Shown: one piece after another, positions 9,260-18,925 of the stretch
Position numbering within the stretch: the stretch's first letter is position 1
Layout of the letters: the number at the start of each line of letters is the position of its first letter
From: an uncultured bacterium
GTDB lineage: Bacteria > Verrucomicrobiota > Lentisphaeria > Victivallales > UBA1829
Length of the DNA stretch: 64,000 bases
Reading direction: 5' to 3'
NCBI GenBank assembly: GCA_902780135.1
Contig: CACZEK010000003.1
Location: forward strand, 65,560-129,559
Notes under the pieces: generated by a model
Database searches by the model: none
What the model was told of the DNA's origin: nothing
What the model saw: only the letters and a program-made list of their open reading frames with translations
Translations under genes and position numbers: made by a program

Positions 9260-10291
9260 TCAGAACCCCGTGGCGAGGTAGTAGGGGCAGCCCGCCTTCG
9301 GGAGAACGACGTTCGTGCCGGAGAGGAGCGAGTTGAACGTGACGGGCTGCGCCTTCACGCCGAAGAGGCCGAGGAGGTCGGCGAGGGAGGAATTGTTCGT
9401 GAAGCGTTCGATGCGGCAGTTGTCGCGGGTGAGCCCGGCGAGTTCGAGCGCGGCGTCCTCGGCGGTCGTGAAGTAGCCGATCTGGTCCACGAGGCCGTTC
9501 GCGAGCGCCTGTTCGCCGTCGAACACGCGGCCGTCGCCGAGTTCGCCCTGCGTGATCTTCTCAAGCGGGATGTTTCTGGCTTCGGCGACGATGCCCGCGA
9601 ATTCCTTGTAGGCGTCCATGACGAGCGTCTGGACGACCTTCGCTTCCTCTTCGGTGGTGGGCAGCGCCGGGTTGAGCATGGCTTTCATCTTGCCGGAGGT
9701 GTAGAACTCGGGCTTGACCTTCGCCCAGTCGAGGAGCTGGGAGACGTCCACGGTGGAGATGATGACGCCGATGCTGCCGGTCATCGTGAACTTGTTCGCG
9801 ACGATCTTGTTCGCGCCGCAGGCGACGTAGTAGCCGCCGCTCGCCGCCAGCGTGTTCATCATGGCGACGACGGGCTTGCCGCAGAGCTTGAGCTCGTGGT
9901 AGATCTCGTCGGACGCGGTGACTTCGCCGCCGGGAGTGTCGAGGTCGATGATGATCGCCTTCACGCTGTCGTCGTCCTTCGCGGCGCGGATGAGCTTGAC
10001 GATCTGCTTGGAGTTCGCGATGAGGGAGCCGAAGGAGTCGGAGTCGCTCGTGATCGTGCCCTTCACGTCGATGACGGCGATGCGGTTCTCGGCGTCCTCG
10101 TTTCCGCTGATGAACTCGGCGGTGTAGTCGGCCGAGGCGCCCTTGAGCGCGGTGCCGCTTTCGCCGATCATGCCGATGATGACGCCCGAGACCGTGAAGA
10201 GGGCGATGAAGCCGAGGAAGCAGACGAGGATGAAGATGGCGAACGCGATCAGGCAGCCGCGGAGAAATCCGCCGGAGGAGTTGGAGCTCAT
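9260..10291 (-). CDS. sppA: Signal peptide peptidase SppA (S49), 36K type
   Basis: IDLDTPGGEVTASDEIY, AASGGYYVA, TGSIGVI, GKMK, DGRVFDGEQA...GLVD. Confidence 0.93.
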   Translation of the reverse strand: MSSNSSGGFLRGCLIAFAIFILVCFLGFIALFTVSGVIIGMIGESGTALKGASADYTAEFISGNEDAENRIAVIDVKGTITSDSDSFGSLIANSKQIVKLIRAAKDDDSVKAIIIDLDTPGGEVTASDEIYHELKLCGKPVVAMMNTLAASGGYYVACGANKIVANKFTMTGSIGVIISTVDVSQLLDWAKVKPEFYTSGKMKAMLNPALPTTEEEAKVVQTLVMDAYKEFAGIVAEARNIPLEKITQGELGDGRVFDGEQALANGLVDQIGYFTTAEDAALELAGLTRDNCRIERFTNNSSLADLLGLFGVKAQPVTFNSLLSGTNVVLPKAGCPYYLATGF

Positions 10292-10345
10292 GGTAAGTGT
10301 TCCTTTCTGGTGTTTTTTGATATGGTCAAACTGTTGCGGTTTTCG

Positions 10346-11314
10346 TTACGAGTTGCGGGGTGCGGCTTTTTCGATCCGCATCGCGTCCCGGATGCGGAGC
10401 GCTTCCTCTCGGCCGAAGTCCGCGGCGTACTGCTTCAGGCAGCTCGCGCACGCGGCGGCGATCCCGGTCGTGAAGGCTTTCAGCGGATCGGCGCCCGCGA
10501 GGAGCTCGGAGAGCATGACGCCGGAGCAGACGTCGCCCGCGCCGATGGGATTGCACACGCCGTCGAGCGGCGGGATGAAGATGCGGTGAAGCGCATTGTC
10601 CCAGGCGATAAACGCACGGTCCGGTCCGTCCGTGATGGCGGCGCACCGGAGCGGATACCGGTTAAGCAGGGCGAGCGCGGCGGCCTCGGGATCGGACGCT
10701 CCGGTCATGGACAGGAGTTCGCCGCTGTTGATCTTCAGATACTGCACTCCGGCGGCGAGCGTTTCGCCGAAATGCTCCACGGAATCCATCAGGACGGGCT
10801 TGTTCTGGCGGACGGCCTCCTTCGCGAGCGCGGCGTAGAAACCGTCCAGCGGGCCTTCCGGGAGCGTGCCGCAGAGCGCGAGCGCGTCGGCTCCGGGGAG
10901 CGCGGACAGGATGCTGTTTTTCAGGAACTCCGCGTCGTCCGGCGTGACGGACGGCGGCGGTTCGATCAGTTCGGTCATGCAGGCGGTTTTCCTGCCCAGG
11001 ACCGTGGTGCAGCAGCGCGTTTCGCCCCGGATTTCCCGGCTGACGAATCCGATGCCCTCCTGTTGAAGCCATTCTTCAAGGTCGTGTCCGTTTCTGCCTC
11101 CAGCGAACTGGTAGACGACGGGTTCGGCTGTCCCCCAGGTGCGGACGGCGCGGGCGAAGTTCACGCCTTTGCCGGACGCCCGGCAGTCGCGCTCCTTCGC
11201 GCGGTTGACTTCGCACGGACGGAATTCGTCGAAGACAAGCGTTTTCTGCCAGGACGGATTCGGGCCGCAGACGAGGATCGCGGGGAGGTTTTTCGGGGAG
11301 GATGCCGGCGTCAT
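10346..11314 (-). CDS. PfkB-family carbohydrate kinase (1-phosphofructokinase/tagatose-6-phosphate kinase-like)
   Basis: NPSWQKT, SGKGVNFARA, LKINSGEL, NPIGAGDVCSG PfkB signature. Confidence 0.88.
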   Translation of the reverse strand: MTPASSPKNLPAILVCGPNPSWQKTLVFDEFRPCEVNRAKERDCRASGKGVNFARAVRTWGTAEPVVYQFAGGRNGHDLEEWLQQEGIGFVSREIRGETRCCTTVLGRKTACMTELIEPPPSVTPDDAEFLKNSILSALPGADALALCGTLPEGPLDGFYAALAKEAVRQNKPVLMDSVEHFGETLAAGVQYLKINSGELLSMTGASDPEAAALALLNRYPLRCAAITDGPDRAFIAWDNALHRIFIPPLDGVCNPIGAGDVCSGVMLSELLAGADPLKAFTTGIAAACASCLKQYAADFGREEALRIRDAMRIEKAAPRNS

Positions 11315-13038
11315 GGCAGGGTGCCCTCCGTCCGGGCGGAGCCGTCCGGACCGGACGCCGTCCCGGGACGCGCCTGTTCAATTTCCATGATCTTCCGTTC
11401 GCGGGCGTTTTTTGATTCCGGCGCCAGCGGTCCGATGTCGGTGCTGTAGACGTTGAGCGCGCCGTCGTAATTGCCCTCTTCCATGAGGCGGGCGGCTTTT
11501 GCGTTCAGGGATTCCATGAGCTTCTCCACGGCCGCGTCGGATGCCTTCTTGAGTTCCGACATGATCTCCATCGCTTCCCTTTGATACGCCTCGGACGACG
11601 TGAAGGTGTCCAGGTCCTCAATGGCTTTTTTGAATCCGAATCCGTCCTTCAACGCCTGCGCGGCCGCCTTCTTCGCCTCTTCGAAGAGGACGGATGCCTG
11701 CGAGTCGATGCTCTCGCCGCCGATCGTGATCTCCGCCTGGAGCGCCTTCGTGGACGGACGCGGGTTCTGGAGGGACGCGGTCCCGCCGGGATCGGGTTCG
11801 ATGCCGGGCACGGCGTCCTGCATGGACGCCGGTGCGGGCCGAGGCGTTTTCGCGCGCTTTTCCGCCCTGTCGCGTTCCATCAGGACCAGCAGCCCTGCGC
11901 CCGCCAGGATCAGCAGTGCGAGCACGGCGGCGATGACGGGGAGGATCGCGGGGCGGCGCCCCGCGCCGGTATTGGCGCACAGGACCGGCGTCCTGACAAA
12001 CGGGACCGCGCCGCAAGTGGTCGAGGGAAGCGGTTTGTCCGCGAGGAACGCCTCCAGGTCCGCGAGCAGTTCTTCCGGGGTGCTGTAGCGTTCGTCCGGG
12101 CGTTTCTGGATGCAGTGCATGACGATGTAGTCGAAGTCGATCGGGATGCCGTGCACGTATGTGCTGGGGACGAGCGGTTCGACGGAGATGTGCATGTGGC
12201 GGAGCTCGGAGCGGGTCTGCGTTTCGAACGGCAGGCGTCCGGCGGCGAGCTGGTACAGGGTCACGCCGAGCGAATAGATGTCCGAACGGACGTCGCAGGA
12301 TTCCGTGTCGATGTACTGTTCCGGGGACATGTATTCGAGCGTGCCGAAGCTCGTTTTGCGCGCCGTTTTCACGGGGTCGTTTTCATCCAGGACGCATGCC
12401 CCGTTTTCGGCGGCGGACGACGCGTCGAGTTTGGCGAGGCCGAGGTCCGTGAGCTTGTACTTCCCGTCGGCGGAGAGCATGATGTTGTCCGGCTTGATGT
12501 CCCGGTGCACGATGCCGAGCCCGGCGGTCACGGCCAGTGCGCGGCAGACTTCGGCTCCGATCTCCGCCGCTTCCTTCGCGCCGAGGAATCCGTCCTTCAG
12601 CATGCGGTCCGCCAGCGAGCCGCCGGAGAGGAACTCCATGGCGAGGAACGGAACGCCGTTTGCGTCACGCCCGGTCTCGTAGACCTTCACGATGTTCGGA
12701 TGGACCGCTTTCGCATAGATCTTCGCCGCGTGGAGGAAGCGTTCGCGGGACGGCCTGTCCGCGGCGTATTCCGGGAGCAGGGTCTTGACCGCCACGGGGA
12801 TGCCGAGTTCGGGGTGGATCGCCTCGTAGACGCAGTTCATCGCGCCGCGCCCGATATAGCGCACGACGGAATACCGTCCGATGGATTCCGGCGGCGGGAG
12901 GTCCGGCAGGGAAAACTCCTCCACGACGGTCGAGTCGTCGATGCGGAACGTGGCCTGGCAGGCGCAGACGGCGATCCTCCCATGTTCGACATGGGGGATC
13001 TCGCTGATTCTCATGCACTGCGGACAACGTATCTTCAT
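11311..13038 (-). CDS. Hanks-type Ser/Thr protein kinase with N-terminal Cys cluster, one TM and an extracytoplasmic helical tail
   Basis: IGRGAM, VAVK, HRDIKPDN, TDLGLA, GTLEYMSPEQ, SDIYSLG; TM ILPVIAAVLALLILAGAGLLVLM; N-terminal CPQC...CAC. Confidence 0.92.
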   Translation of the reverse strand: MKIRCPQCMRISEIPHVEHGRIAVCACQATFRIDDSTVVEEFSLPDLPPPESIGRYSVVRYIGRGAMNCVYEAIHPELGIPVAVKTLLPEYAADRPSRERFLHAAKIYAKAVHPNIVKVYETGRDANGVPFLAMEFLSGGSLADRMLKDGFLGAKEAAEIGAEVCRALAVTAGLGIVHRDIKPDNIMLSADGKYKLTDLGLAKLDASSAAENGACVLDENDPVKTARKTSFGTLEYMSPEQYIDTESCDVRSDIYSLGVTLYQLAAGRLPFETQTRSELRHMHISVEPLVPSTYVHGIPIDFDYIVMHCIQKRPDERYSTPEELLADLEAFLADKPLPSTTCGAVPFVRTPVLCANTGAGRRPAILPVIAAVLALLILAGAGLLVLMERDRAEKRAKTPRPAPASMQDAVPGIEPDPGGTASLQNPRPSTKALQAEITIGGESIDSQASVLFEEAKKAAAQALKDGFGFKKAIEDLDTFTSSEAYQREAMEIMSELKKASDAAVEKLMESLNAKAARLMEEGNYDGALNVYSTDIGPLAPESKNARERKIMEIEQARPGTASGPDGSARTEGTLP

Positions 13039-13065
13039 GGCGCGGAACGGTGAATGCGGTTTCGG

Positions 13066-14208
13066 TTATGCCCCTGTGGAGCGGGCGGTTTTCAGGGAGG
13101 ATTCGATGAATTCGATGACGTTTGCCGCGGCTTTCGGCTGCGCCATGGCGAGCGCGCCTTTCCCCGCTTCGCGGAATTTCTCCGGGTCGTCCAGGAATTC
13201 CGCCAGGATGCCGCGGAAGAGCGAAGGGGAGCAGTCGGCGTTCGGGACGATGCGGGCGGCTCCGGTCTGCGCCAGCAGGCGCGCGTTGTCGTCCTGGTGG
13301 CCTTCGGCGGCGTACGGATACGGGATCAAAACGGCGTAGCGTCCGAAGATGGCGAGCTCGGAGACGGTGCTGCCTCCGGCGCGGCACACCACGAGGTCCG
13401 CCGCCATGTAGAGGTTCTGCATGTCCGAGGCGGATTCGAGCGTGAGCGCGTTGACGCCGCAGGCGGAATACTTGTCGTGGATGGCGTCGTATTTGCCGGG
13501 GCCGGACAGATGGATGACCTGAAGCGATTTCGCCCCGGGATGGTCGATCGGGATCGTGAAGTTCTCGTTGATCGCCGCCGCGCCCAGCGAGCCGCCGAAC
13601 ACGAGGACGACCGGACGGTCCGGCGCGAACGCCGTTCCGCGCGTGGCGTTGATGCGGGCGATGGCATCGGCTTTGGACGCGGGGACGTCCTCCAGCAGCG
13701 CCTTGCGGAGCGGAAGCCCGGTCACCGCCGAGGGGCAGTGAAGCTTGTTCGCGTTGACGGCGGGGAAGGAGAGCGCGATGCCGGACGCGATGCGGCTGAA
13801 GACGCGGTTGGACTTGCCGATGCGGGCGTTGCCGTCGTGCAGGAAGAGCGGGATGCCGCTGCGCCAGGCGGCGACGGAGGCGGGGATGGACGGAAACGCG
13901 CCCATGGACAGGACGGCGTCCGGCTTGAACTCGCGGAAGATAGCGCGCGCCTCGCGGACGCCTTTTCTCTGTTCCGACAGGAACCGGAACGCGCCGGAGG
14001 GGCTTTTGGAGAGCGGGGCGCAGGAGACGCGCTGGTATTCGATGCCGTTCTTTTCGGCGGTCTTCGACTGTTCCTCGAAATGCTTCCCGCCGAGGATGAG
14101 CAGGGGCTTGCCCCCCGCGTCGCGGAACGCGCAGGCCGTGCTCAGGCCGGGGTTGAAGTGGCCGCCGGTGCCGCCGCAGCTGATGACGAGTCGGTTCAGT
14201 TCCTGCAT
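13066..14208 (-). CDS. murG: Lipid II GlcNAc transferase MurG
   Basis: CGGTGGHFNPG, HDGN...GKSNR, TGLPLR, VFGGSLGA, CRAGGSTVSE, PYPYAAEGHQDDNA; start placed at ATG 14208. Confidence 0.96.
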   Translation of the reverse strand: MQELNRLVISCGGTGGHFNPGLSTACAFRDAGGKPLLILGGKHFEEQSKTAEKNGIEYQRVSCAPLSKSPSGAFRFLSEQRKGVREARAIFREFKPDAVLSMGAFPSIPASVAAWRSGIPLFLHDGNARIGKSNRVFSRIASGIALSFPAVNANKLHCPSAVTGLPLRKALLEDVPASKADAIARINATRGTAFAPDRPVVLVFGGSLGAAAINENFTIPIDHPGAKSLQVIHLSGPGKYDAIHDKYSACGVNALTLESASDMQNLYMAADLVVCRAGGSTVSELAIFGRYAVLIPYPYAAEGHQDDNARLLAQTGAARIVPNADCSPSLFRGILAEFLDDPEKFREAGKGALAMAQPKAAANVIEFIESSLKTARSTGA

Positions 14209-14227
14209 GGTTTGTTCTTCTCCTGCT

Positions 14228-15454
14228 TCAAGATGAACGTTCCGCTTCTCCGGAACCGGAGGCGCGGCCGATATGAAGGCGTTTTCCTGCCCAGGCAAGC
14301 AGCTTGTCCGGGTAGTCCGGGATGGCGGAATCGACCGCCACGCCGGCGACGCATGCCGCCGCGATGAGGCACGCGAGCAGATTGCTGCCGCCGTAGCTTA
14401 TCATGGGGGCGGGCATGCCCTTGGTCGGGAACGCCGCCGTGATGACGCCGATGTTGATCAGCGCCTGCATGCCGATGAATATGCTCATGCCGAACGCGAT
14501 CAGCATGCCCTGGCGGGTGCGCGCCTTCACGCTGATGCGGAGCCCGACGTACACGAGGATCAGGTACGCCACGATCACGGTCAGCAGCGTGATGAACCCG
14601 AGCTCCTCCCCCACGATGGAGAGGATGAAGTCGGTGTGGTTTTCGGGGAGGTACAGCAGCTTCAGGCGGCTCTCCGTGAAGCCGACCCCGGTCCAGCCGC
14701 CCGACCCGAGCGCCAGCAGCGAATTCCACAGCTGGTAGCCCGAGGTCATTTTGTAGGTCTCGGCGTCCAGAAACACCGTCAGGCGCTTCCAGCGCATCGC
14801 GTCGAACTCGCGGATGATCAGGAACGCCGTCGGGGGCAGGATCAGCGCGAACGGCAGGATGTACCGCAGGCGCATGCCCGCCACGAAAAGCATCAGCAGG
14901 TACAGGGAGCCCAGCAGTACGGTCGTGCCGAGGTCCTCGCCCGCCAGCACGAGCAGGATGGTCGGGCCGACCCAGAGCCCCGTCGGGACCAGGACCTTCC
15001 AGAACGGCTCGCTTTCGAGTGCGCGCGTGCGCGAAGAAAGAAACTTCGCCAGGAAGAGCGTGATGACGACCTTGCCCAGCTCGGACGGCTGAAGCGTAAG
15101 CCCGGCGACCTGGATCCACCGCCGGGCCCCGTTGATCGGCTTGCAGAAGAGCGCCCATACCAGGAGCAGGTCCAGCACGAGGATCATGAGCGGGCTCCAG
15201 TCGGAAAGCCGTTTGCTGCCGATCATGACCGTGCCCGCTCCCGCGAACAGGCCGATGAACATCCACATCAGCTGTTTTTTGAAGTACGCGCTGCCCTGCG
15301 TGACGAACGAGGTGGAATACAGCATGATGAGGCCGAAAAGCGTGATCATGAAAGCGAAGAGGATGAAAACGGCGAGTTCCGGCAGAGCCGGTTTTTTCGG
15401 CGGCTCGATGGCCTGTACGTCGGGCTGCTGCTTGATGGGCTGACGGATTTTCAT
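14228..15454 (-). CDS. ftsW: SEDS family peptidoglycan polymerase FtsW
   Basis: NGARRWI, QPSELGK, PENHTDFILSIVGEELG, PTKGMPAPMISYGGS; immediately upstream of murG. Confidence 0.95.
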   Translation of the reverse strand: MKIRQPIKQQPDVQAIEPPKKPALPELAVFILFAFMITLFGLIMLYSTSFVTQGSAYFKKQLMWMFIGLFAGAGTVMIGSKRLSDWSPLMILVLDLLLVWALFCKPINGARRWIQVAGLTLQPSELGKVVITLFLAKFLSSRTRALESEPFWKVLVPTGLWVGPTILLVLAGEDLGTTVLLGSLYLLMLFVAGMRLRYILPFALILPPTAFLIIREFDAMRWKRLTVFLDAETYKMTSGYQLWNSLLALGSGGWTGVGFTESRLKLLYLPENHTDFILSIVGEELGFITLLTVIVAYLILVYVGLRISVKARTRQGMLIAFGMSIFIGMQALINIGVITAAFPTKGMPAPMISYGGSNLLACLIAAACVAGVAVDSAIPDYPDKLLAWAGKRLHIGRASGSGEAERSS

Positions 15455-15706
15455 GTGCTATCTAAATACTGCGCGTGAGAAGGTCGAAAAAAAGCGGATA
15501 TGATAACCTAATCCAAAAATGCCGCAGTACAACCCGAAAACCGACTTTTTTTATAAAAAAATAATAAAAAGCTTAAAAATCTTTCCCGGGGGATGCTTTC
15601 AAGCTTGAAATCCGGCGTCCGGCACGCCATATTATTTAGTCCGCCGTCCGGTTTCCCCGGCATCCCGTTCTTCACGAAAAAACGCTTTGCTCCGCATGTT
15701 CCGCCC

Positions 15707-16366
15707 ATGAGATCAAACATCCTCCTGCAAGTCCTCTGCCTGATGCTCTGCCTCGCTTTCGCGGCGTGCCGGTCCGCGGCGGATCCCGCCGAGTCCGGCG
15801 TCATGTCGGAAGTCCTGGAGATCGAAGGCTGCATGCTGCCCGTGCCGTGCCTGCAGGTGACGGCGGAAGTGTTCGGCACGCTCCCGGAACCGGTCCGCGC
15901 CGAGGCGAAAAAGTATTGCGGCAGGCGCGGGACCGCCGTGGTCGTTTCGAGCCTGCGCCCGCGCTATTTCCGCCTGATCCGCAGCCAGGAACGCCTCCTG
16001 CTCGGCAGCGCCGAGGCGAAGCCGGGACGGAATGTCGTCTATCTGAGCGTGATCGACGGACTCGGCGAGGCGGCGGATTCCATCCGGAGCATCAAGATCG
16101 AAAACCCCGACTCGCCCGATCCGTGGGACCTGGGCATTTTCATCAAACGCTATCCCTCGCTCGCCGGCCGGATCGCCGAACTCCCGCCCGACGATGAACG
16201 TCTCTCTGCCCTGAGGCCGGCTGCGCGGGAACTCCTGAGCCGCGGCTCGACGAAAGTCATGCTGGAACGCCATTCGCGGACGAAGGATCCCGCCGCCCTG
16301 GAGGCCGCGGCGCATGCCGAACAGGAGCAGATCGGTGTGCTGGAAGAGCTCCTGAGCTCGAACTGA
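15707..16366 (+). CDS. Hypothetical lipoprotein
   Basis: MRSNILLQVLCLMLCLAFAAC lipobox-like; host codon usage; start placed at ATG 15707. Confidence 0.6.
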   Translation: MRSNILLQVLCLMLCLAFAACRSAADPAESGVMSEVLEIEGCMLPVPCLQVTAEVFGTLPEPVRAEAKKYCGRRGTAVVVSSLRPRYFRLIRSQERLLLGSAEAKPGRNVVYLSVIDGLGEAADSIRSIKIENPDSPDPWDLGIFIKRYPSLAGRIAELPPDDERLSALRPAARELLSRGSTKVMLERHSRTKDPAALEAAAHAEQEQIGVLEELLSSN

Positions 16367-16387
16367 GCCTGTCCGCGGGCATAAAAA

Positions 16388-16424
16388 AACGCACGGCTGT
16401 TTGAAGGTCAAACAACTGTGCGTT
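16388..16424. terminator. Hairpin between convergent genes, likely terminator of the Mu-like mini-operon
   Basis: AACGCACGGCTGTTTGA / TCAAACAACTGTGCGTT arms, preceded by an A-run (U-run on the minus strand). Confidence 0.6.
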
Positions 16425-16446
16425 GCGTTTTGAGGCGATCTCGTGC

Positions 16447-16929
16447 TCAGGCGGGTGCCGTGTTCGATTCCGCCGATGCCGTTGAACCGGCGACGGAAAC
16501 GGCCTCCGTTGTCCGCGACGGGGAAAGCGCGGCGACCGTCAGGCACGCCGCCGCGCGGGAGTCAGGGCAGTCCAGCAGGCGGAACGACTCCGGGATGAAC
16601 ACGACGTCGCCGGACTGAAGTCCGTCCGGCGGAAACAGTTCCTGCAGGGCGTCGAATCTGCCGAGCGCGGCCGCCGTGCGGGCGTCGTCGGATCCCGCCA
16701 GCAGGTCGATGAGGATCAGGTGGAACTGCTGGCGCCGCGTGAGCGTGCTGTCCGTGTAGATCCCGTCGCCCGCGAGGACGAGCACGCACGGCGGCCTGAG
16801 CCCGGCGGGCATGGATTTGCCCTGGACCGCCAGTTCCGGCGTGCTCGCCGAGGCGAGTCCGACGGCGGGAAACGAGGTCGCGACGAGCGTTTTCAGCGTG
16901 TTCGCGATAGTGAGCGTGGCTTCGGTCAT
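16447..16929 (-). CDS. Phage-like protein, possibly Mu gp37/tail-terminator fold
   Basis: 160 aa; ATGA overlap with the portal stop; pattern of N-helix, PCVLV strand, F.L.LID strand and helix, compatible with tail-completion proteins. Weak recognition. Confidence 0.4.
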   Translation of the reverse strand: MTEATLTIANTLKTLVATSFPAVGLASASTPELAVQGKSMPAGLRPPCVLVLAGDGIYTDSTLTRRQQFHLILIDLLAGSDDARTAAALGRFDALQELFPPDGLQSGDVVFIPESFRLLDCPDSRAAACLTVAALSPSRTTEAVSVAGSTASAESNTAPA

Positions 16930-18164
16930 GGACGCACCTCCGGGGCGGGATCGGTTTCGGCGCGCGTGAGCGAAAGCCCGAACCGGGCGGAAAGCTCCGC
17001 GGGATCGGCGTCGAGGCCCGCGCGATGGAGCGTTTCGACGATGCCCGCGAAGACGGCGCGGTCTTCCTGCGCGGAGTTGCGGAATTTCAGGACCGGCGCG
17101 GCCGCCGCGTCGCCGAAATTGAACTTGGTCCACGGGACGGCGAGCTGGGTGCGGATGGTCGATTCGATCGCGCGGGCGTCGGCTTCCAGCAGGTCGCCGC
17201 GGACGCGGGACTGCGCGTCGCCGCCGGAAAGCCCGCCCGATTCGGACGAGCTGGCGAGCTGGCCGAGGATGACTTTCGTGATCGCTTTCGAGGTGTATTC
17301 CAGAAGCTTGAAATACACCTCGCCGCCCGAGTTCGACGCCTGCAGGAGTTCCAGCTCGGTCGACTTCGTGAACACGCCGCCGCCGTTCGGCCCGAAGCTG
17401 CGGATCAGGTTCCGCATCACCCCGCGTTCATTTTCCCACGCGCTGCGGTCGACTTTCGCCACCACGAACGGCATCCCGTAGCGTTCGACGAACGACACGA
17501 GGTCCTTCACCGGATAGTTCTGGAACACGTGCAGCCAGATCAGCGTCCGGATCAGCCCGGCGCGCGCCGGGTCGCCCGCGCTGCCGTGCGTGTGGACGAT
17601 GAACTTCGCCGGGGGCAGGGGGACGCCCGCGCGGTCGTCGTCCGTCACGAGGAGCGGCGTCTCCGAGTTGCGGAACGTGAAATGCCAGGCGCCCACGGGA
17701 CGGAATCCCGCCAGGTCGCCGCCCGCGCCCCAGATGATCTCGGCGGCGGACAGCGGCGCGATGACGGCGTCCATCAGGTGGTCGGCGAGTTCGTGGAACG
17801 ACGCCAGGCCCGGCTCGGAACCGGATGCTTTCAGCGCGGCTTCGAACGCCTGCGCGGCGTCTTTCGATGCCGGACGTCCGTCGCCGGGTTCCACGCCCCA
17901 GTCGAGCCCGGTCAGCGCGCTTTTCCGCACCTGCATCGCCAGGATGACTTCCCAGTTGCGTTCCTGGATCTCCCGGGCGGCGACGGCGAGTTCCGCGATG
18001 TCGCCCTCGTTCGCGGCCTCCAGAATCCGCGAGACGTTCGCCGGCGTGTATTCGGAGCTTTGGAGCCAGCGGCTGCGTTCTCCGGGGGCGGCTGCGGTCC
18101 AGCGCCCCGGGGCGGGGATGCCGTCGTTTCGGGCGGCGGTTCGGACGGAATGGTTCAGTTTCAT
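16926..18164 (-). CDS. Mu-like phage portal protein (gp29/DUF935 family)
   Basis: YTPANVSRILEAANEGD...MQVRKSALTGLDWGVEP, GLIRTLIW, FVERYGMPFVVAK, ITKVILGQ; 412 aa from ATG 18164. Confidence 0.85.
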   Translation of the reverse strand: MKLNHSVRTAARNDGIPAPGRWTAAAPGERSRWLQSSEYTPANVSRILEAANEGDIAELAVAAREIQERNWEVILAMQVRKSALTGLDWGVEPGDGRPASKDAAQAFEAALKASGSEPGLASFHELADHLMDAVIAPLSAAEIIWGAGGDLAGFRPVGAWHFTFRNSETPLLVTDDDRAGVPLPPAKFIVHTHGSAGDPARAGLIRTLIWLHVFQNYPVKDLVSFVERYGMPFVVAKVDRSAWENERGVMRNLIRSFGPNGGGVFTKSTELELLQASNSGGEVYFKLLEYTSKAITKVILGQLASSSESGGLSGGDAQSRVRGDLLEADARAIESTIRTQLAVPWTKFNFGDAAAAPVLKFRNSAQEDRAVFAGIVETLHRAGLDADPAELSARFGLSLTRAETDPAPEVRP

Positions 18165-18198
18165 GATCGGAATCCTTATGGTTTGAGGTTGAAGAGCA

Positions 18199-18834
18199 TT
18201 ACTGCGGTTTGACGCCGAGGAGCGAGGACAGACGGTCGGCGACCTCGGCTCCGTCCACGCGGGACCATTCGTCCCGGCGGCGGTCCAGCAGTTCATTGTA
18301 CTGCATCCGGGCGCGTTCGAGCGCCTCGCGCAGGCGGACGTTTTCTTCGGACAGCGCGGCGACGCGTTTCCGCAGGACGGTGTTCTGTCCGTCCGAAACG
18401 GATTTCGACAGCGTGACGGCCGAGCGGACGAGGCGTTCGATCGTCTTCGGGTCGTCGGTCGTGGCGTCGGTGCATTCCCGGACGAGCTTCAGCAGGTCGA
18501 TCTTGAGTTCCTCCGCGATGGCGCTCGTCGCCTCGCAGTCGCGGAGCAGTGCGGCGGACAGCCGAACCTCCTCGTACGCCCGGTGTACCTTTTCCCGTTC
18601 TTCGGCGATGGTCTTGAACTCGCGTGTGGCCCTGAACCGCGTGACGGCACCCGCCGTCAGCGTCATGCCGAGCGAACTCAGCGTTCCCGCCACTTCGGGA
18701 TTGCCGAGCACCGCCTGGCTCGTCGCGCCTTCGAGGAGCAGGCATGCGATCCGGTAGCGGAGCCGGAACGGGAGGCGTCCGAACTGGGAAGGCGGTTTTG
18801 TTTTCTGTTTCTTTTGCTTTTCGGGCAAGCCCAT
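18199..18834 (-). CDS. Mu gp27/DUF3486-like protein (putative small terminase)
   Basis: N-terminal SQFGRLPFRLRYRIACLLLEG resembles the S-K-I-x-x-L-P-x-x-x-R start of DUF3486; helical with a coiled-coil C-terminus; AGGAGG RBS; upstream of the portal. Confidence 0.55.
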   Translation of the reverse strand: MGLPEKQKKQKTKPPSQFGRLPFRLRYRIACLLLEGATSQAVLGNPEVAGTLSSLGMTLTAGAVTRFRATREFKTIAEEREKVHRAYEEVRLSAALLRDCEATSAIAEELKIDLLKLVRECTDATTDDPKTIERLVRSAVTLSKSVSDGQNTVLRKRVAALSEENVRLREALERARMQYNELLDRRRDEWSRVDGAEVADRLSSLLGVKPQ

Positions 18835-18911
18835 GGTCCCTCCTTTTTTTGATCCATTCTCTCAAGAAAAGCTCCGAACCCGGAAAAACGGACGCGCGTT
18901 TTTCGCAACGT

Positions 18912-18925
18912 ACTGAAATTTCAGT
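18912..18925. promoter_or_regulatory. Perfect 14-bp palindrome, candidate operator of the Mu-like mini-operon
   Basis: ACTGAAATTTCAGT, about 80 nt upstream of ATG 18834. Confidence 0.4.

Noticed and set aside
2449-9336. Very long plus-strand ORFs (2449-6033, 6040-9336)
   Set aside because: Antisense shadows of real minus-strand genes. High GC and strong codon bias suppress stops; the translations are V/R/G/A-rich with no motifs.
13066-14298. Longer ORF-track starts for murG and several other genes (1549, 15593, 33239, 34186, 45178, 53978, 62790 and others)
   Set aside because: The extensions run through AT-rich promoter DNA or overlap neighbours. Downstream ATGs fit RBS position and family N-termini better.
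16447-18834. Intact prophage or Mu-like transposable element
   Set aside because: No transposase, integrase, large terminase, capsid, sheath or lysis genes, no recognisable att or terminal repeats, and the flanks are host-like genes.
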